Assembly (NCBI GenBank): GCA_016213135.1
Contig: JACRBQ010000079.1
Span: 139-64,138 of the forward strand
Reading direction: 5' to 3'
Source: Chloroflexota bacterium
GTDB lineage: Bacteria > Chloroflexota > Anaerolineae > Anaerolineales > VGOW01
Length of the DNA stretch: 64,000 nt
The notes below the pieces were generated by a model. It made no database searches and had not been told where the DNA came from. It saw only the letters and a program-made list of their open reading frames with translations. Numbering within the stretch: the first letter of the stretch is position 1; the number at the start of each line of letters is the position of its first letter. Positions 18,888-28,591 of the stretch are shown one piece after another. Position numbers and translations under genes: made by a program.

Positions 18888-21800
18888 TCAACGCTTCGGC
18901 ACCACCAAGGCTTGATTCAAAATCAACCGCTCGCCCAGCCGGTCACCCGTGGCCGGGTTGTACCAGCCCACGCCGATGTTGTAGGTTCCGGCGGGCACGC
19001 CATCGAGCGACAGGGTGACGATCTGGCTCACTGCCTCGTCGGCGAACCATTGCGAGGTGGGGATTGCGGGGAAGGCATCGGCCTGGGCCGCGATACTTTC
19101 GTCGGCAGGGTTGAATAGGTGGACGAAGTATTTGTAGTCGGCGGCGGTGGGGCCGAGGGCCTGCCAGTGCAGGGTGAGGGTGAGCGCGGCGGGGTCGAGG
19201 GCCAGGTCGTACCCGGCGAGGGCAATGGCTTCGGGCGGCGCGCCGAACACCGCGCCCGATTTATATTGCATGGGCGGCGGTTCGGCGGTGCGCGTTGAGG
19301 CGGTGATGTTCAGCGCGCCCACGGCCACGGCGGGCGAGAGCAAAGTTGAATCTGAGGCGAGCAGTTGGGCGTTGAGGGTGTAGCGGCCCGGGCCGGCGAC
19401 CACGGGCAGGGGCAGGGTCATGCGCCCGGCCACAAATGCTCCGGCGGCCCACTGCGACGAGGGCAGCGCGGCGAGCGCGCCATCGGCAAAGGCGGTCACT
19501 TCGCCGTTGGGGCTGATGAGGCTCCAGCGCACGCCGTAGTCGTCGGGCAGCGGGGCCAACACCAACCAGCGCGCGGTGAAGGCGAGCGTGCCGCCAGCGG
19601 CCACGTCGGCGGGCAGCAGCACGCTGTGCAGCGCCAAAGCGTCGGTGAACGAATGGGCCGGGGCGGTGCCAGGGGCAGGCGACCACTGGCTCAAATGCAC
19701 GGGCACGGTGGCGGCTCCCACCGGGGTGAGGGTGGCCGCGTCGTACAGAGTCAACGTGAGTGGATAGTCGCCCGGAGGCAATCCGCTGGGCAAATCAAAT
19801 TGATAAGTGTCGGGGATGATTTCGCCGGCGCGCCACAGGCCGGTGGGGTAGATGCCGCCGGTGGGCTGGGTGTCGAGCGCGGCCAGTTCGCTGTCCGCCG
19901 AATCGCGCAAGCGCAGCGCGAGCAAAAGGTTGGCGGGCACGGGCGCAGTGGCTTGCCAGTGTAGCGTGAGCGCGAGCGCCGATGAGTTGGGCTGCGCGGC
20001 GACGGCGTCGAGTAGCGCGATGGACGGCGTGAGGACGGCGAGCGGCATTGGGGCAACGGTCTGCGCGCCCGCGCCCTCGATGCGGATGGGGCGCAGGAAA
20101 ATGCGCCCCCGCGTTTGCCCGCCGGAGGTGAGGGCCGGAGTGTTGATGCCCGCTTCGGTGAGGCCGAGCCGGATGAGGTAGATGCCGGGCGGCGCATCCT
20201 CGGGCACGCGCAGCACGGCGGCGGCGGCCAGTCCGCGCGCCGCGCCCGTCGCGCCGGCAAAGGTGTGGGGCAGCGTGAGCAGGTGCTCCGCCGGTGAAAC
20301 GAGCGCGAGGTCGAAGGCGGCGCGGCCACTGGCTTGCCATTGCAGGGTGACGCCGAGGAAGTCGCCGGGGCGGAGTGTGTCGAGCGAGTAGTTGTAGTTG
20401 ACGAGGGCGTCGCCGTTGCCGAAGTGGACGGGCGCTGCGGTGAGGTAGGCCTGTTGATCAAAATCCATGGTGGGCGCGCCGGAGGTGGCGGTCCGGGCGT
20501 TGAGCCAGTGGCCGCCGAACGCCAGCCCCAGCAGTGTGACCGTTGCCGCGCCCCAGCCGAAGAGGGCGCGACGCGTGATCGCCAACCGGCTCTTCCACGG
20601 TGCGGCGATGACGACGGCCAGCGCCAGCGCGATGAGAGAGACCATGCCGGCAAGTCGGCGTGTCGGTGTGTCCCGCAGCGACAACTCAATTTTGTGGCGG
20701 CCCTGGGGCAGGTCGAAGGCAATCCAGCCGAGGCCGTCGGCGGGACGCACGTCCAGCGGCTTCTCATCGGCGCGGGCCTGCCAGCCGGGCCAGTAGAGCA
20801 GCGGCACCGCCACGGCGGCGCTGGCCGAACTGACGTTGATGTCCCACGTTTGCGAGGCGGCGCGTTTGGCGAGGCGCTGCCCGTCGGCCCGGCCGCTGAG
20901 GGCTTTGAGCGAAACGTCGCCGCCAATGAATTCCTCCGAGGTGTAGGGCCGGGGCAGAGTCCAACGGGGCAGGTATTCGTTGCGAATGGTGGCGCCGATG
21001 TTGCCGGTGAAGTATTCGTACAGTTGCAACCGGTTGGCGGTCACGTCGGCATCGGCCACAGGCACAAAGTCGGGGCGGAGGCCAATAATACTCAATACAG
21101 AATACCCAATACCCAATAAAGCTATTAGCCCATGACGCATTGTCCATATTTGGTATTTGGTATTGGGTATTGGGTATTCATCCGTTGCCGGCTGCACAAT
21201 TAACCCAATGAGGGCGCTGGCGAACAGGCTTTGTACCGAGAGGAAGCGCCACGGAAATTGGACGAACGGCAGCAGCGGCAGATGCGCCCACAGCGGCTGG
21301 CTGTAACGGGTGATCATGAAGGAGGAGAGCAGGAAAGAGAGAAGGATGAAGGATGAAGGATGAAGGATGAATGCGGAATGTTGAATGTTGAGTGTTGAAT
21401 TGTGACGAGCTTTTACGCTCTGAACGATCCGAATTGCGGCGACGGCGAGGCCGAGGGCGACGAGGGCGGTTTGGGCGAGGCCCATGGCAAACGGGGTGCC
21501 GGTGGCGCTGCCCACGTCGTAATTGAACAGCAGCGAGAGTTGAACGAGGTTGCGCCCGCGAAAGTGGTTGGCGTAGTTGAAGTAGCCGGTGGTCTGGTTT
21601 TGCAGTTGGCCGTAGCCGGTTTCGCGCAGGGCGGGCAGCCAGAAGAAGGCGGAGAGGGCAAGCCCAAGGGCAATGAACAATGAAGAATGAACAACCTGCA
21701 CCGCACTGCGTGCGGGTGCAGTGCGGGTGAACAATGGGGCATGGCTAACCGCTGACCGCTGAAAGCTGAAAGCCAAAAACAGAATGTAGAGCCCTAGAAA

Positions 21801-22409
21801 CGGCGAGAAGATGAGGGCCGAGATGTTGTGGGTGAGCAATAGCGCGGCGTAGGCCAGGGCCAGCGGCAGGCTGCGCCGCAGGGTGGGCCGTTGCGCGAGG
21901 CGGCAGGCGGCCCACAGGCACAGCGGGTACAGGGCAAAGGCCCAAAACTCACCCAGCGAATCGCCGCGCACGTATAGGTTGACGAGATGGAACGGGGCGA
22001 AGGTATAGGCGGTTGCCGCCAGCCACGCCGCGCCCCGGCTCGCCCCGGCACAGCGCAGCCAGCCATAGAGGCCAAAGGCGGCGACGATGAATCCGCCGAG
22101 GTGGGTGAGCTTGAGCGCCAGCACGTACGACGCACCCAGTCCTTTGAAGATGGCGGCGAGGTAGTAGGGCAGCGCGGCGTAATAGTTGTAGAACGGGTAG
22201 CCCAGGCCAAAGGCGGCATCGGGCATCCAGCGCACGGGGAAAACGCCCTGCCGCAGGGCGGTGTAAAGCTGTTGCAGTCGAAAAAGCAAAAAGGGGCTGT
22301 CGCCGCCGCCGCGCGTGTTAAGGAAGCCGGGGTTGGCTAGCAAAGGCAAAGCGGCCAAAGCCGACACGATGAGGAGCGTGACCAGCTCTGGCCGCCGGAG
22401 AACCTTCAT
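18888..22409 (-). CDS. Large GT-C fold membrane glycosyltransferase-like protein (PTPS-related/YfhO-type) with extracellular Ig-like repeats
   Basis: GGDSPF, RWMPD..GLGYPFYNYY, QFPWRF; repeated LTLHWQ modules; contains in-frame repeat insertions. Confidence 0.8.
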   Translation of the reverse strand: MKVLRRPELVTLLIVSALAALPLLANPGFLNTRGGGDSPFLLFRLQQLYTALRQGVFPVRWMPDAAFGLGYPFYNYYAALPYYLAAIFKGLGASYVLALKLTHLGGFIVAAFGLYGWLRCAGASRGAAWLAATAYTFAPFHLVNLYVRGDSLGEFWAFALYPLCLWAACRLAQRPTLRRSLPLALAYAALLLTHNISALIFSPFLGLYILFLAFSFQRSAVSHAPLFTRTAPARSAVQVVHSSLFIALGLALSAFFWLPALRETGYGQLQNQTTGYFNYANHFRGRNLVQLSLLFNYDVGSATGTPFAMGLAQTALVALGLAVAAIRIVQSVKARHNSTLNIQHSAFILHPSSFILLSFLLSSFMITRYSQPLWAHLPLLPFVQFPWRFLSVQSLFASALIGLIVQPATDEYPIPNTKYQIWTMRHGLIALLGIGYSVLSIIGLRPDFVPVADADVTANRLQLYEYFTGNIGATIRNEYLPRWTLPRPYTSEEFIGGDVSLKALSGRADGQRLAKRAASQTWDINVSSASAAVAVPLLYWPGWQARADEKPLDVRPADGLGWIAFDLPQGRHKIELSLRDTPTRRLAGMVSLIALALAVVIAAPWKSRLAITRRALFGWGAATVTLLGLAFGGHWLNARTATSGAPTMDFDQQAYLTAAPVHFGNGDALVNYNYSLDTLRPGDFLGVTLQWQASGRAAFDLALVSPAEHLLTLPHTFAGATGAARGLAAAAVLRVPEDAPPGIYLIRLGLTEAGINTPALTSGGQTRGRIFLRPIRIEGAGAQTVAPMPLAVLTPSIALLDAVAAQPNSSALALTLHWQATAPVPANLLLALRLRDSADSELAALDTQPTGGIYPTGLWRAGEIIPDTYQFDLPSGLPPGDYPLTLTLYDAATLTPVGAATVPVHLSQWSPAPGTAPAHSFTDALALHSVLLPADVAAGGTLAFTARWLVLAPLPDDYGVRWSLISPNGEVTAFADGALAALPSSQWAAGAFVAGRMTLPLPVVAGPGRYTLNAQLLASDSTLLSPAVAVGALNITASTRTAEPPPMQYKSGAVFGAPPEAIALAGYDLALDPAALTLTLHWQALGPTAADYKYFVHLFNPADESIAAQADAFPAIPTSQWFADEAVSQIVTLSLDGVPAGTYNIGVGWYNPATGDRLGERLILNQALVVPKR
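21087..21178. repeat. Inverted (AATACCC)n/(GGGTATT)n arrays inside a CDS
   Basis: Encodes EYPIPNTKYQI...LLGIGYSVLSI on the minus strand. Confidence 0.85.
21341..21401. repeat. (GAAGGAT)n plus (GAATGTT)n heptamer arrays inside a CDS
   Basis: Encodes NSTLNIQHSAFILHPSSFIL. Confidence 0.85.
21672..21773. repeat. Heptamer arrays with nested 35-bp palindromic element (21694-21728) inside a CDS
   Basis: (AATGAAC)n, then ACCTGCACCGCACTGCGTGCGGGTGCAGTGCGGGT, then (GCTGANN)n. Confidence 0.8.
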
Positions 22410-22485
22410 AGATTGAACTGCCGCAAAGTTAGATGGCCGGTTGCACGAGAGAGGCGCAACCGGCCATCGTCAGAGGGGCAGGGGG

Positions 22486-23991
22486 TTACCGCCGTCCGCG
22501 GGTGAGGATGAGGAAGCCCGCCACACCGGCCGCGGCCAACAGCAGGATGACGCCTGCCGCCGCCAGCACGGCGCGGATGAGGGCCGAATTGCCGGTCGAG
22601 CTGTCGGACCCTCCCGGCGTGGCCGTGCCGCCGGTGGACTGCGCGCCGAACTCGAGGTTGGCCGTGCTGCCCGCCGCCAGAGTTAGGTCCCAGTCGGAGC
22701 GGGTGGTGGCTTTGTAGCCGGCGGGGGCAGTGGACGATACGCGGTAGCTGCCACTGGCGAGGCCCTCAAAGCAGTGCGGCTCGCTCGCGCCGTCGGTGGT
22801 GTAGGTTTGCACGGTGGTGCTGGCGTTGATGTCGAGCAGGGCAAACTGCCCGCCGGCCACCAGCCCTTCGCCGGCATCGAGGATGCCGTTGCCGTTGGCG
22901 TCGTTATACAGTGTGACGCAGATGGAACCGGCCCCGCCCCCCGGCGCGGTGGCTGTGGGGGCCGCAGCCGGAATTTCGGTCGGCGCGGCAGTGGGGGCGT
23001 TGACGTCGACGGTAGGCGCCTCTGTGGGCAGAGACTGAGTGGGCGCGGCAGTGGCCGCCGGCGGCGCCCCGCCGGGGTCGGAGATGATCAGTTGCTGCCC
23101 CACGGAGATGATCGAGCCGCTCAGCCCATTCCATTTTTGAATGTCGGTGATACAAGTCGGGTCGCTGCCACGGCCAATCACGCCGCAGATGTCGATGATG
23201 GTATTGCCGGGCTGCACGACATAGATGATCTTTCCCTCGGCGTTGGGCGTGGGGGTGAGGAACTTGGTGGGGACCACGCGCACGGTGGGCGGCGGGGGCT
23301 GGGTGGGGCCGGAGGGTGTGGCCGTGGCTGCGGCCGCCACGTCTGTCAGCGAGGCCGCATCCCAGAACACCTCGGTATGGCGCGCGCACGTCGAGGGGTT
23401 GGCAAAGGTGGCCACCGTGACTGAAGTGCCCGAAGCCACAATGTCAATCGTCATTTGAGCATAAACATCTTTGATGTCTACGAACTGCGAGCGGGTGGTG
23501 ATGGCATCGGGCGCGAGCGTGCCGTTACCAATGCCAACCTGGAAATTGGTGGGGCCAGTGCCCTCCGATTTGGTGGAATCGTCGGCGGTGCTCGACCAGG
23601 CCTGCCCCCAAATGCTGAAGCGATAGGTGTGGCCGGGGGTTAGTCCGGTGACCGTTTGCAGCAGGCCGCCCAAAAAGCTTGCGCCCGGGTCGGTGCCAGA
23701 GGCAAAAAACTGCTGGGCGCTGCTGCCGTCTTTAACGCGGCGGGCGTCCAGCGTGGTCATGGCCTGCTGATACTTGGGCGCGACGCGGCCGCAGCCATCG
23801 CCGGGCAAGTACCATGGCGCCCAGTTGTTGGCCACGCCGCCGGTGAACGACTCGAAGCCGGGGTTCTGCAACAGGTTGGTGGCCTGCGCCGGCGGCTGTT
23901 CAACCGGAGAGGCCAGCGCAGTGAGCGGCAGGCTGGCCGCCAGCAGGCCGAGGACGGCGAGGAGCAGGCTTGCATTGCGAAGTGAGCGCAT
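22486..23991 (-). CDS. Secreted, membrane-anchored protein: CBM-like, LysM-like, Pro/Thr linker, SdrD B-like, C-terminal TM
   Basis: Signal peptide; NLLQNPGFE; YVVQPGNT; YNDANGNG..D.GE; TM helix and basic tail. Confidence 0.8.
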   Translation of the reverse strand: MRSLRNASLLLAVLGLLAASLPLTALASPVEQPPAQATNLLQNPGFESFTGGVANNWAPWYLPGDGCGRVAPKYQQAMTTLDARRVKDGSSAQQFFASGTDPGASFLGGLLQTVTGLTPGHTYRFSIWGQAWSSTADDSTKSEGTGPTNFQVGIGNGTLAPDAITTRSQFVDIKDVYAQMTIDIVASGTSVTVATFANPSTCARHTEVFWDAASLTDVAAAATATPSGPTQPPPPTVRVVPTKFLTPTPNAEGKIIYVVQPGNTIIDICGVIGRGSDPTCITDIQKWNGLSGSIISVGQQLIISDPGGAPPAATAAPTQSLPTEAPTVDVNAPTAAPTEIPAAAPTATAPGGGAGSICVTLYNDANGNGILDAGEGLVAGGQFALLDINASTTVQTYTTDGASEPHCFEGLASGSYRVSSTAPAGYKATTRSDWDLTLAAGSTANLEFGAQSTGGTATPGGSDSSTGNSALIRAVLAAAGVILLLAAAGVAGFLILTRGRR

Positions 23992-24030
23992 AGGAATTTA
24001 CCTTTCTTATCAGCCGAGACTCGCCCGGCT

Positions 24031-25551
24031 CTACTTCCCTTTTCGATTGGACAACATCAGCACGGCAAAACCGGCCACGGCCAACAACATGGCCGCAATT
24101 CCGCCGAACAGAACAACATCACCCGCCCTCGCCAGCAAGTTTACCTTTGGGATAGGCGTGGCACGCGCCAGCGCAAGGCCGAAGACGAGTGTGACGGCTT
24201 TGCCCGGTTCGAGTTGCACTGAACTTTCCGTGGTGGTTGTGGCAGTGTAACCGCCCGGGGCCGCAACCGACACGGTGTAATTGCCCGGTGGCAATTGGGG
24301 GAAGCAGTGCGACTTTTCGGCGCCTGTGGTCACGTAGCCATCGAGCGGCGCACCGTCGGCCTGCAACGTAACGCGCACGTCTGCGAGGCCGGGTTCTCCG
24401 TCGTTGGAGCCACTGCCGTTCAAGTCATTATACGCGACTACACAAAGTTGACCGTAATCTGGCAACAACTTGACGGGTGCGGGAGTATCCGTGGGCAATT
24501 GCACCAGTTCGGGCGTGAGCGACGGGGTGAACGTCGGCCCGGGCGGGTCGGTAGCCGTAGCCGGCGGCGCAGTATAGCCTATGAGTAACTTCTGCCCCGG
24601 AACGATCTTGTTGCTGTTGAGCGCGTTGAGGCGTTTGATTTCGTCGGACGTGGTTTGGTGATAGTAGGCAATCACTGCCAGCGTGTCGCCGGAGCGCACC
24701 TTATACCACACTTCGCCATTGGCGAGCGGGGTGCTGGTGGGCGGCCAGGTGGGCGTGGGCGGCTTAACGGTGATGGGCGGAACCGTGGCCGCCACCCCGA
24801 AGCCCTCGGTGGGCGGGGGCGCATTGGCGTCCACCGCCTCCAGCGCGGCATCGTCCACATACACATTGTTGTGCTGCAGCGCCAACTGCGGCGCGCTGCG
24901 CGTGAACACGGTAATGGTGGAGCTTTTGGCTTTGGCGTCGATGCTGAACAAATGCCACGAGTCGAAGGCGCTAAACTGCGCGCTCCACACAATGTTGGCG
25001 CTGAACGGGTCGGTGCCGCCCGAGGGGTCAATGCCCACCTGCATGCCCATGGTGGGCTGGCCCGACGACGCGGCCCCGTTGTCGTTGTTGGACCATGCTT
25101 CCATGTACGCCGAAAAGCGATACGTCTGCCCGATGATCACGCCCGTCACCTGCTGGTACAACCCGGCCTGATGAATGGCATACAACGTGAGGTATTGCTG
25201 CGCGTTCCCGCCGCTGCGAATGCGCGCCGGCGTGGCCGACACGTCGCCGTAGTCCGGGCGATGGTAGGGCTGGCAAGTGGGCGGAGCCACCGTGTAATTG
25301 CAGTAGCTCGGATAGAGGGGGCTGGAATCCGGCTGCACCCACCAGCCCGTCCAGCCGGCGGCCACTTGCACCTCGGCATAGGGCGTGTTGGGAGCGTAGC
25401 CCGATTCGGTGTGGCAGCACTGCTGCAAAAAGGGACTCTCAAAGCCCGGGTTCAGCAGCAAGTTCTGTGGGTCGGCGCGCGCGGCAGTGGGTGGCGCGGC
25501 CAGCACGGCGCACACGCAGCACAGCAGCACAACGCGGAAGAGTCGTTTCAT
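24031..25551 (-). CDS. Paralogous LysM / SdrD B-like surface protein
   Basis: NLLLNPGFE; YKVRSGDTL..IA LysM; YNDLNGSG..DGE; C-terminal TM and RKGK. Confidence 0.82.
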   Translation of the reverse strand: MKRLFRVVLLCCVCAVLAAPPTAARADPQNLLLNPGFESPFLQQCCHTESGYAPNTPYAEVQVAAGWTGWWVQPDSSPLYPSYCNYTVAPPTCQPYHRPDYGDVSATPARIRSGGNAQQYLTLYAIHQAGLYQQVTGVIIGQTYRFSAYMEAWSNNDNGAASSGQPTMGMQVGIDPSGGTDPFSANIVWSAQFSAFDSWHLFSIDAKAKSSTITVFTRSAPQLALQHNNVYVDDAALEAVDANAPPPTEGFGVAATVPPITVKPPTPTWPPTSTPLANGEVWYKVRSGDTLAVIAYYHQTTSDEIKRLNALNSNKIVPGQKLLIGYTAPPATATDPPGPTFTPSLTPELVQLPTDTPAPVKLLPDYGQLCVVAYNDLNGSGSNDGEPGLADVRVTLQADGAPLDGYVTTGAEKSHCFPQLPPGNYTVSVAAPGGYTATTTTESSVQLEPGKAVTLVFGLALARATPIPKVNLLARAGDVVLFGGIAAMLLAVAGFAVLMLSNRKGK

Positions 25552-25577
25552 GGCAGGGAATTATCGCACGGCCTGTG

Positions 25578-27515
25578 CTATTTCAAAGTCAGCGCTTCGC
25601 CGAGCGGCGCGCCGTCCGGCCCGTAAAGGCCCACCACCACGCCATCGCCCGCCGGCAATTCGTACACATCGTCCAACACGTCGCCGGGCCTGAGCCATGA
25701 GAAATGATACAACCCTTTTAACGGTTCGCCATCGGCCTGCGCCGAGAGCGCGCCGTCGCTGAGCACGTGCACGTACACATGATAATCCACCTCCACCGGC
25801 GCGGCAGCTAATTGCCATTGCAGCTGCACGCGCACCACTCCATGATCGCTGCTCAACCTGGCCGAGCGCAGCGCCAACACGCCGCCGAACTCGGCGACAA
25901 CCGAGCTTGGCGATGCCGGTTCGGCAAGGTAAATGGTGTACAGGGAAAAGGGCGTTGCCTCAAGGTCGCCCCTGGCCAATGCGCCCCGGTGGGCGCTTAT
26001 CAACGAGCCGGGGGGCAGGGCCGCCACGGCGGCTTTGATCGCATTGGCCTCGTAGGGCCACACCGCCAGTTGCACCCGATCGGCGGAGCCGCTGCCGTTG
26101 CGATTCGGGACGAGAAAACGCAGCGACGCAAAATTGTCCCACAACCGGTCGTCAATGCGCGCTGCAAAATCGGGGCGGCTGTTGATCTCCCCCGCGAGGC
26201 CGGTGGCCGCCGATTCAAAATAATAGCCGGTCACGGGGTCGTTGGCGTAGCGCCCGAAGTAATCGCGCGCAGTGACGACTGCCGAAAGGCAGAGCAGCGC
26301 GCCCACCAGCGCGGCGGTCCACCGCGCGGGCCGCCACACCCACAGCGCCTCGAAGCCCAGCGCCGGAACGAGCCACAGCACGGGCAGCATGGCAATGGAG
26401 CGCAAAAAGTGCGGCGTGTCTTCGGCCAGCACAGTGGGCGCGATGGCGACGGCGAGCCACACCAGCACAAAGGCCGCGCTCGGTCGTTTGCGGCTGTGAA
26501 CGGCCAGCCATCCCAGCCCGGCCACAAAAAACAGGAACGTCCACGCATCGAACACGGGCCGCCCCGGCAGGTTGTGGCGGGCAATGGTGTCGCCGCGCCC
26601 GCCGAACATGCCCGCCGCCAGCGCCGCGTGTTTGGCCAGCGAGGCGACGAGGCTGCCGCCGCGCTCCGTCTCCAAAATGGACACTTGCCCCTCGCGGGCA
26701 AACACTTGCGCCCGATGAGCCAACGCGTAGACGCCGAGCGGCGCGACGACGAGGATGGTTGAGATGAGAAAGGCGATGACTTCCCGCCACTCGATATTCA
26801 CCGCGGAGAGCGCCGAGATCGCAGAGTTAATGAGTCTATTTTCTTGGCGCTCTCCCCCGGCACCGCCGCTGCGCGGTAGCACCGGGGCAGGTGTGCGGCA
26901 AAACCATACGGCAATCACTACAAATACTGCAAACGCTAATGGCGTGACGCGCGCCGCGGTGTACGTGTTGAACGCCAGCCCATACGCCACCCCGCCGAGG
27001 ATAGCCAGGGGCAGCTTCCGGCGCTGGACGCCCAACCAGCCCAGCGCAACCGCCAGCCCGAGAAACAGCGGCAGCGCGCCCGCGCGAAAGCTCACGCGGC
27101 TGAGGGCCACCGGCCAAAACGTGACGGCGCACACGGCCATGGCCAGCAGGCCCACGCGGCGGTTGAACAGCGCGCGCCCCAGCAAATACGTCGCCGGAAT
27201 GGTGAGCGTGCCGATGACCGCCGACGCGAAACGCAAACCAAAGGGCGTGCGGCCAAAGGCGGCAACGCTCAGGCTGAGCAGATAAATGTAGAGCGGCTCG
27301 CGCCCGTTGTTGGCGGAAAAGAAAATGGGATGCGCCCCGCGCAGCACGCTCATGGCGTCGAGGCCGTAAAAGGCCTCGTCGTGATAGATGCCGTAGGGCA
27401 CGCGGCCCAACGCATAAAAGCGCAGCGCTGCGCCGATGCCCACAATGCAGAGGCACGCGGCCCATTCCCACGGAAACGGGCGGGGCAGCGACGCGGCCCG
27501 AGTGCGAAAGCCCAT
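25578..27515 (-). CDS. GT-C glycosyltransferase (ArnT/PMT_2, GT39/83-like)
   Basis: ALRFYAL..VPYGIYHDEA acidic loop, GREPLYIY, multi-TM; start reassigned to ATG 27515. Confidence 0.85.
   Translation of the reverse strand: MGFRTRAASLPRPFPWEWAACLCIVGIGAALRFYALGRVPYGIYHDEAFYGLDAMSVLRGAHPIFFSANNGREPLYIYLLSLSVAAFGRTPFGLRFASAVIGTLTIPATYLLGRALFNRRVGLLAMAVCAVTFWPVALSRVSFRAGALPLFLGLAVALGWLGVQRRKLPLAILGGVAYGLAFNTYTAARVTPLAFAVFVVIAVWFCRTPAPVLPRSGGAGGERQENRLINSAISALSAVNIEWREVIAFLISTILVVAPLGVYALAHRAQVFAREGQVSILETERGGSLVASLAKHAALAAGMFGGRGDTIARHNLPGRPVFDAWTFLFFVAGLGWLAVHSRKRPSAAFVLVWLAVAIAPTVLAEDTPHFLRSIAMLPVLWLVPALGFEALWVWRPARWTAALVGALLCLSAVVTARDYFGRYANDPVTGYYFESAATGLAGEINSRPDFAARIDDRLWDNFASLRFLVPNRNGSGSADRVQLAVWPYEANAIKAAVAALPPGSLISAHRGALARGDLEATPFSLYTIYLAEPASPSSVVAEFGGVLALRSARLSSDHGVVRVQLQWQLAAAPVEVDYHVYVHVLSDGALSAQADGEPLKGLYHFSWLRPGDVLDDVYELPAGDGVVVGLYGPDGAPLGEALTLK
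26798..26894. repeat. Nonamer array plus ACCTGC-type palindrome inside a CDS
   Basis: accgcggagagcgccgagatcgcagag and cccccggcaccg...ccggggcaggt; encodes TPAPVLPRSGGAGG and SAISALSAVN. Confidence 0.65.
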
Positions 27516-27528
27516 GGCGGTGACGCGG

Positions 27529-28398
27529 TTATCCTTCGCGCAAAAAGTCGCGCAGCGCGCCCGCGGCCGGGCTGAGGGCGTGGCCTTTGCGCCACACCAG
27601 CCCGAGCGTTCGCCGCAGCGACTGGTCGGTAAGGCGCAGGGCGTGAATGTTCGCCGTGTCGGTGAGCGCCAGCAGCGGAACCAGCGCCACCCCGAGGCCC
27701 GCCGCCACAAATTGCAGGGCGCTCTGCATGGCCCCGCCGTCCAGCGCCACCCTGGGCCGGAACCCCGCGGCCCTGCACGCCGAAAGGGTCACGTCGCGCA
27801 GTTTGTAGCCTTCGGGAAACAGGATAAAAGCTTCCTCGGCCAGTTCGGCCAGGGCCACCGATTTCCGTTTCCCCAACTTGTGTTCCGCGCCCACGGCTAA
27901 CACATAGTCCTCCTCCCAAAACGGGGCCGACTCCAGCGGGGCGGGCAACGTGTCGGCGGAGGCAATGGCAAGGTCGAGCTGCCCGTCTTCCACCAGCTTG
28001 ATCAGGGTCTCGGTTCCCGCCTCTCTCAATGTCACGTCGAGGCCGGGGTATTTTTGTTCAAAGGCGGTGATGCGGGTGGGGAGGATGTGGGCGCTCACTG
28101 TGGGCGGCGCGCCCAGGCGGGCGGTGCCGCGGGTGAGCGCGCCGCGCTCTCGCAAATCGTTGCGGGCAATTTCTACGGTGGAGAGGATGAGGCGCGCGTG
28201 CGGAAGCAAAGCCCGCCCGGCTTCGGTGAGCAGCACCCGTTTGCCCACGCGCTCAAAGAGCCGCACGCCCAACTCGCCTTCCAGCGCGCGTATTTGCTGG
28301 CTAACGGCAGGCTGGGCCACGTGCAAATGCTCGGCAGCGCGCGAGAAATTGAGTCGTTCGGCAACGGCCACAAAGTAGTTGAGGTGGCGCAGTTCCAT
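27529..28398 (-). CDS. LysR family transcriptional regulator
   Basis: MELRHLNYFVAVAERLNFSRAAEHLHVAQPAVSQQIRALE HTH. Confidence 0.96.
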   Translation of the reverse strand: MELRHLNYFVAVAERLNFSRAAEHLHVAQPAVSQQIRALEGELGVRLFERVGKRVLLTEAGRALLPHARLILSTVEIARNDLRERGALTRGTARLGAPPTVSAHILPTRITAFEQKYPGLDVTLREAGTETLIKLVEDGQLDLAIASADTLPAPLESAPFWEEDYVLAVGAEHKLGKRKSVALAELAEEAFILFPEGYKLRDVTLSACRAAGFRPRVALDGGAMQSALQFVAAGLGVALVPLLALTDTANIHALRLTDQSLRRTLGLVWRKGHALSPAAGALRDFLREG

Positions 28399-28470
28399 GG
28401 ATAAGCCCCCGGCAAATGGTGGTGGCCTATGGGCGAGGCTATGCGTTGGCCGCTTGTCCGTGCCTCTGTG

Positions 28471-28489
28471 CTATAAGCCCCGCTTATAG
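28471..28489. promoter_or_regulatory. Putative LysR binding site
   Basis: Perfect 8-bp inverted repeat CTATAAGC-ccc-GCTTATAG containing T-N11-A, between divergent lysR and sigma genes. Confidence 0.6.
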
Positions 28490-28591
28490 TATTTTACTAT
28501 ACTATGTCTTAGACTTGCCCCTCGGAACCTGCTACCATGTTTGTGTAAATCGGATTATTTCTATCTAGTTTCCCGGAAAGTCGAGGGGCAT

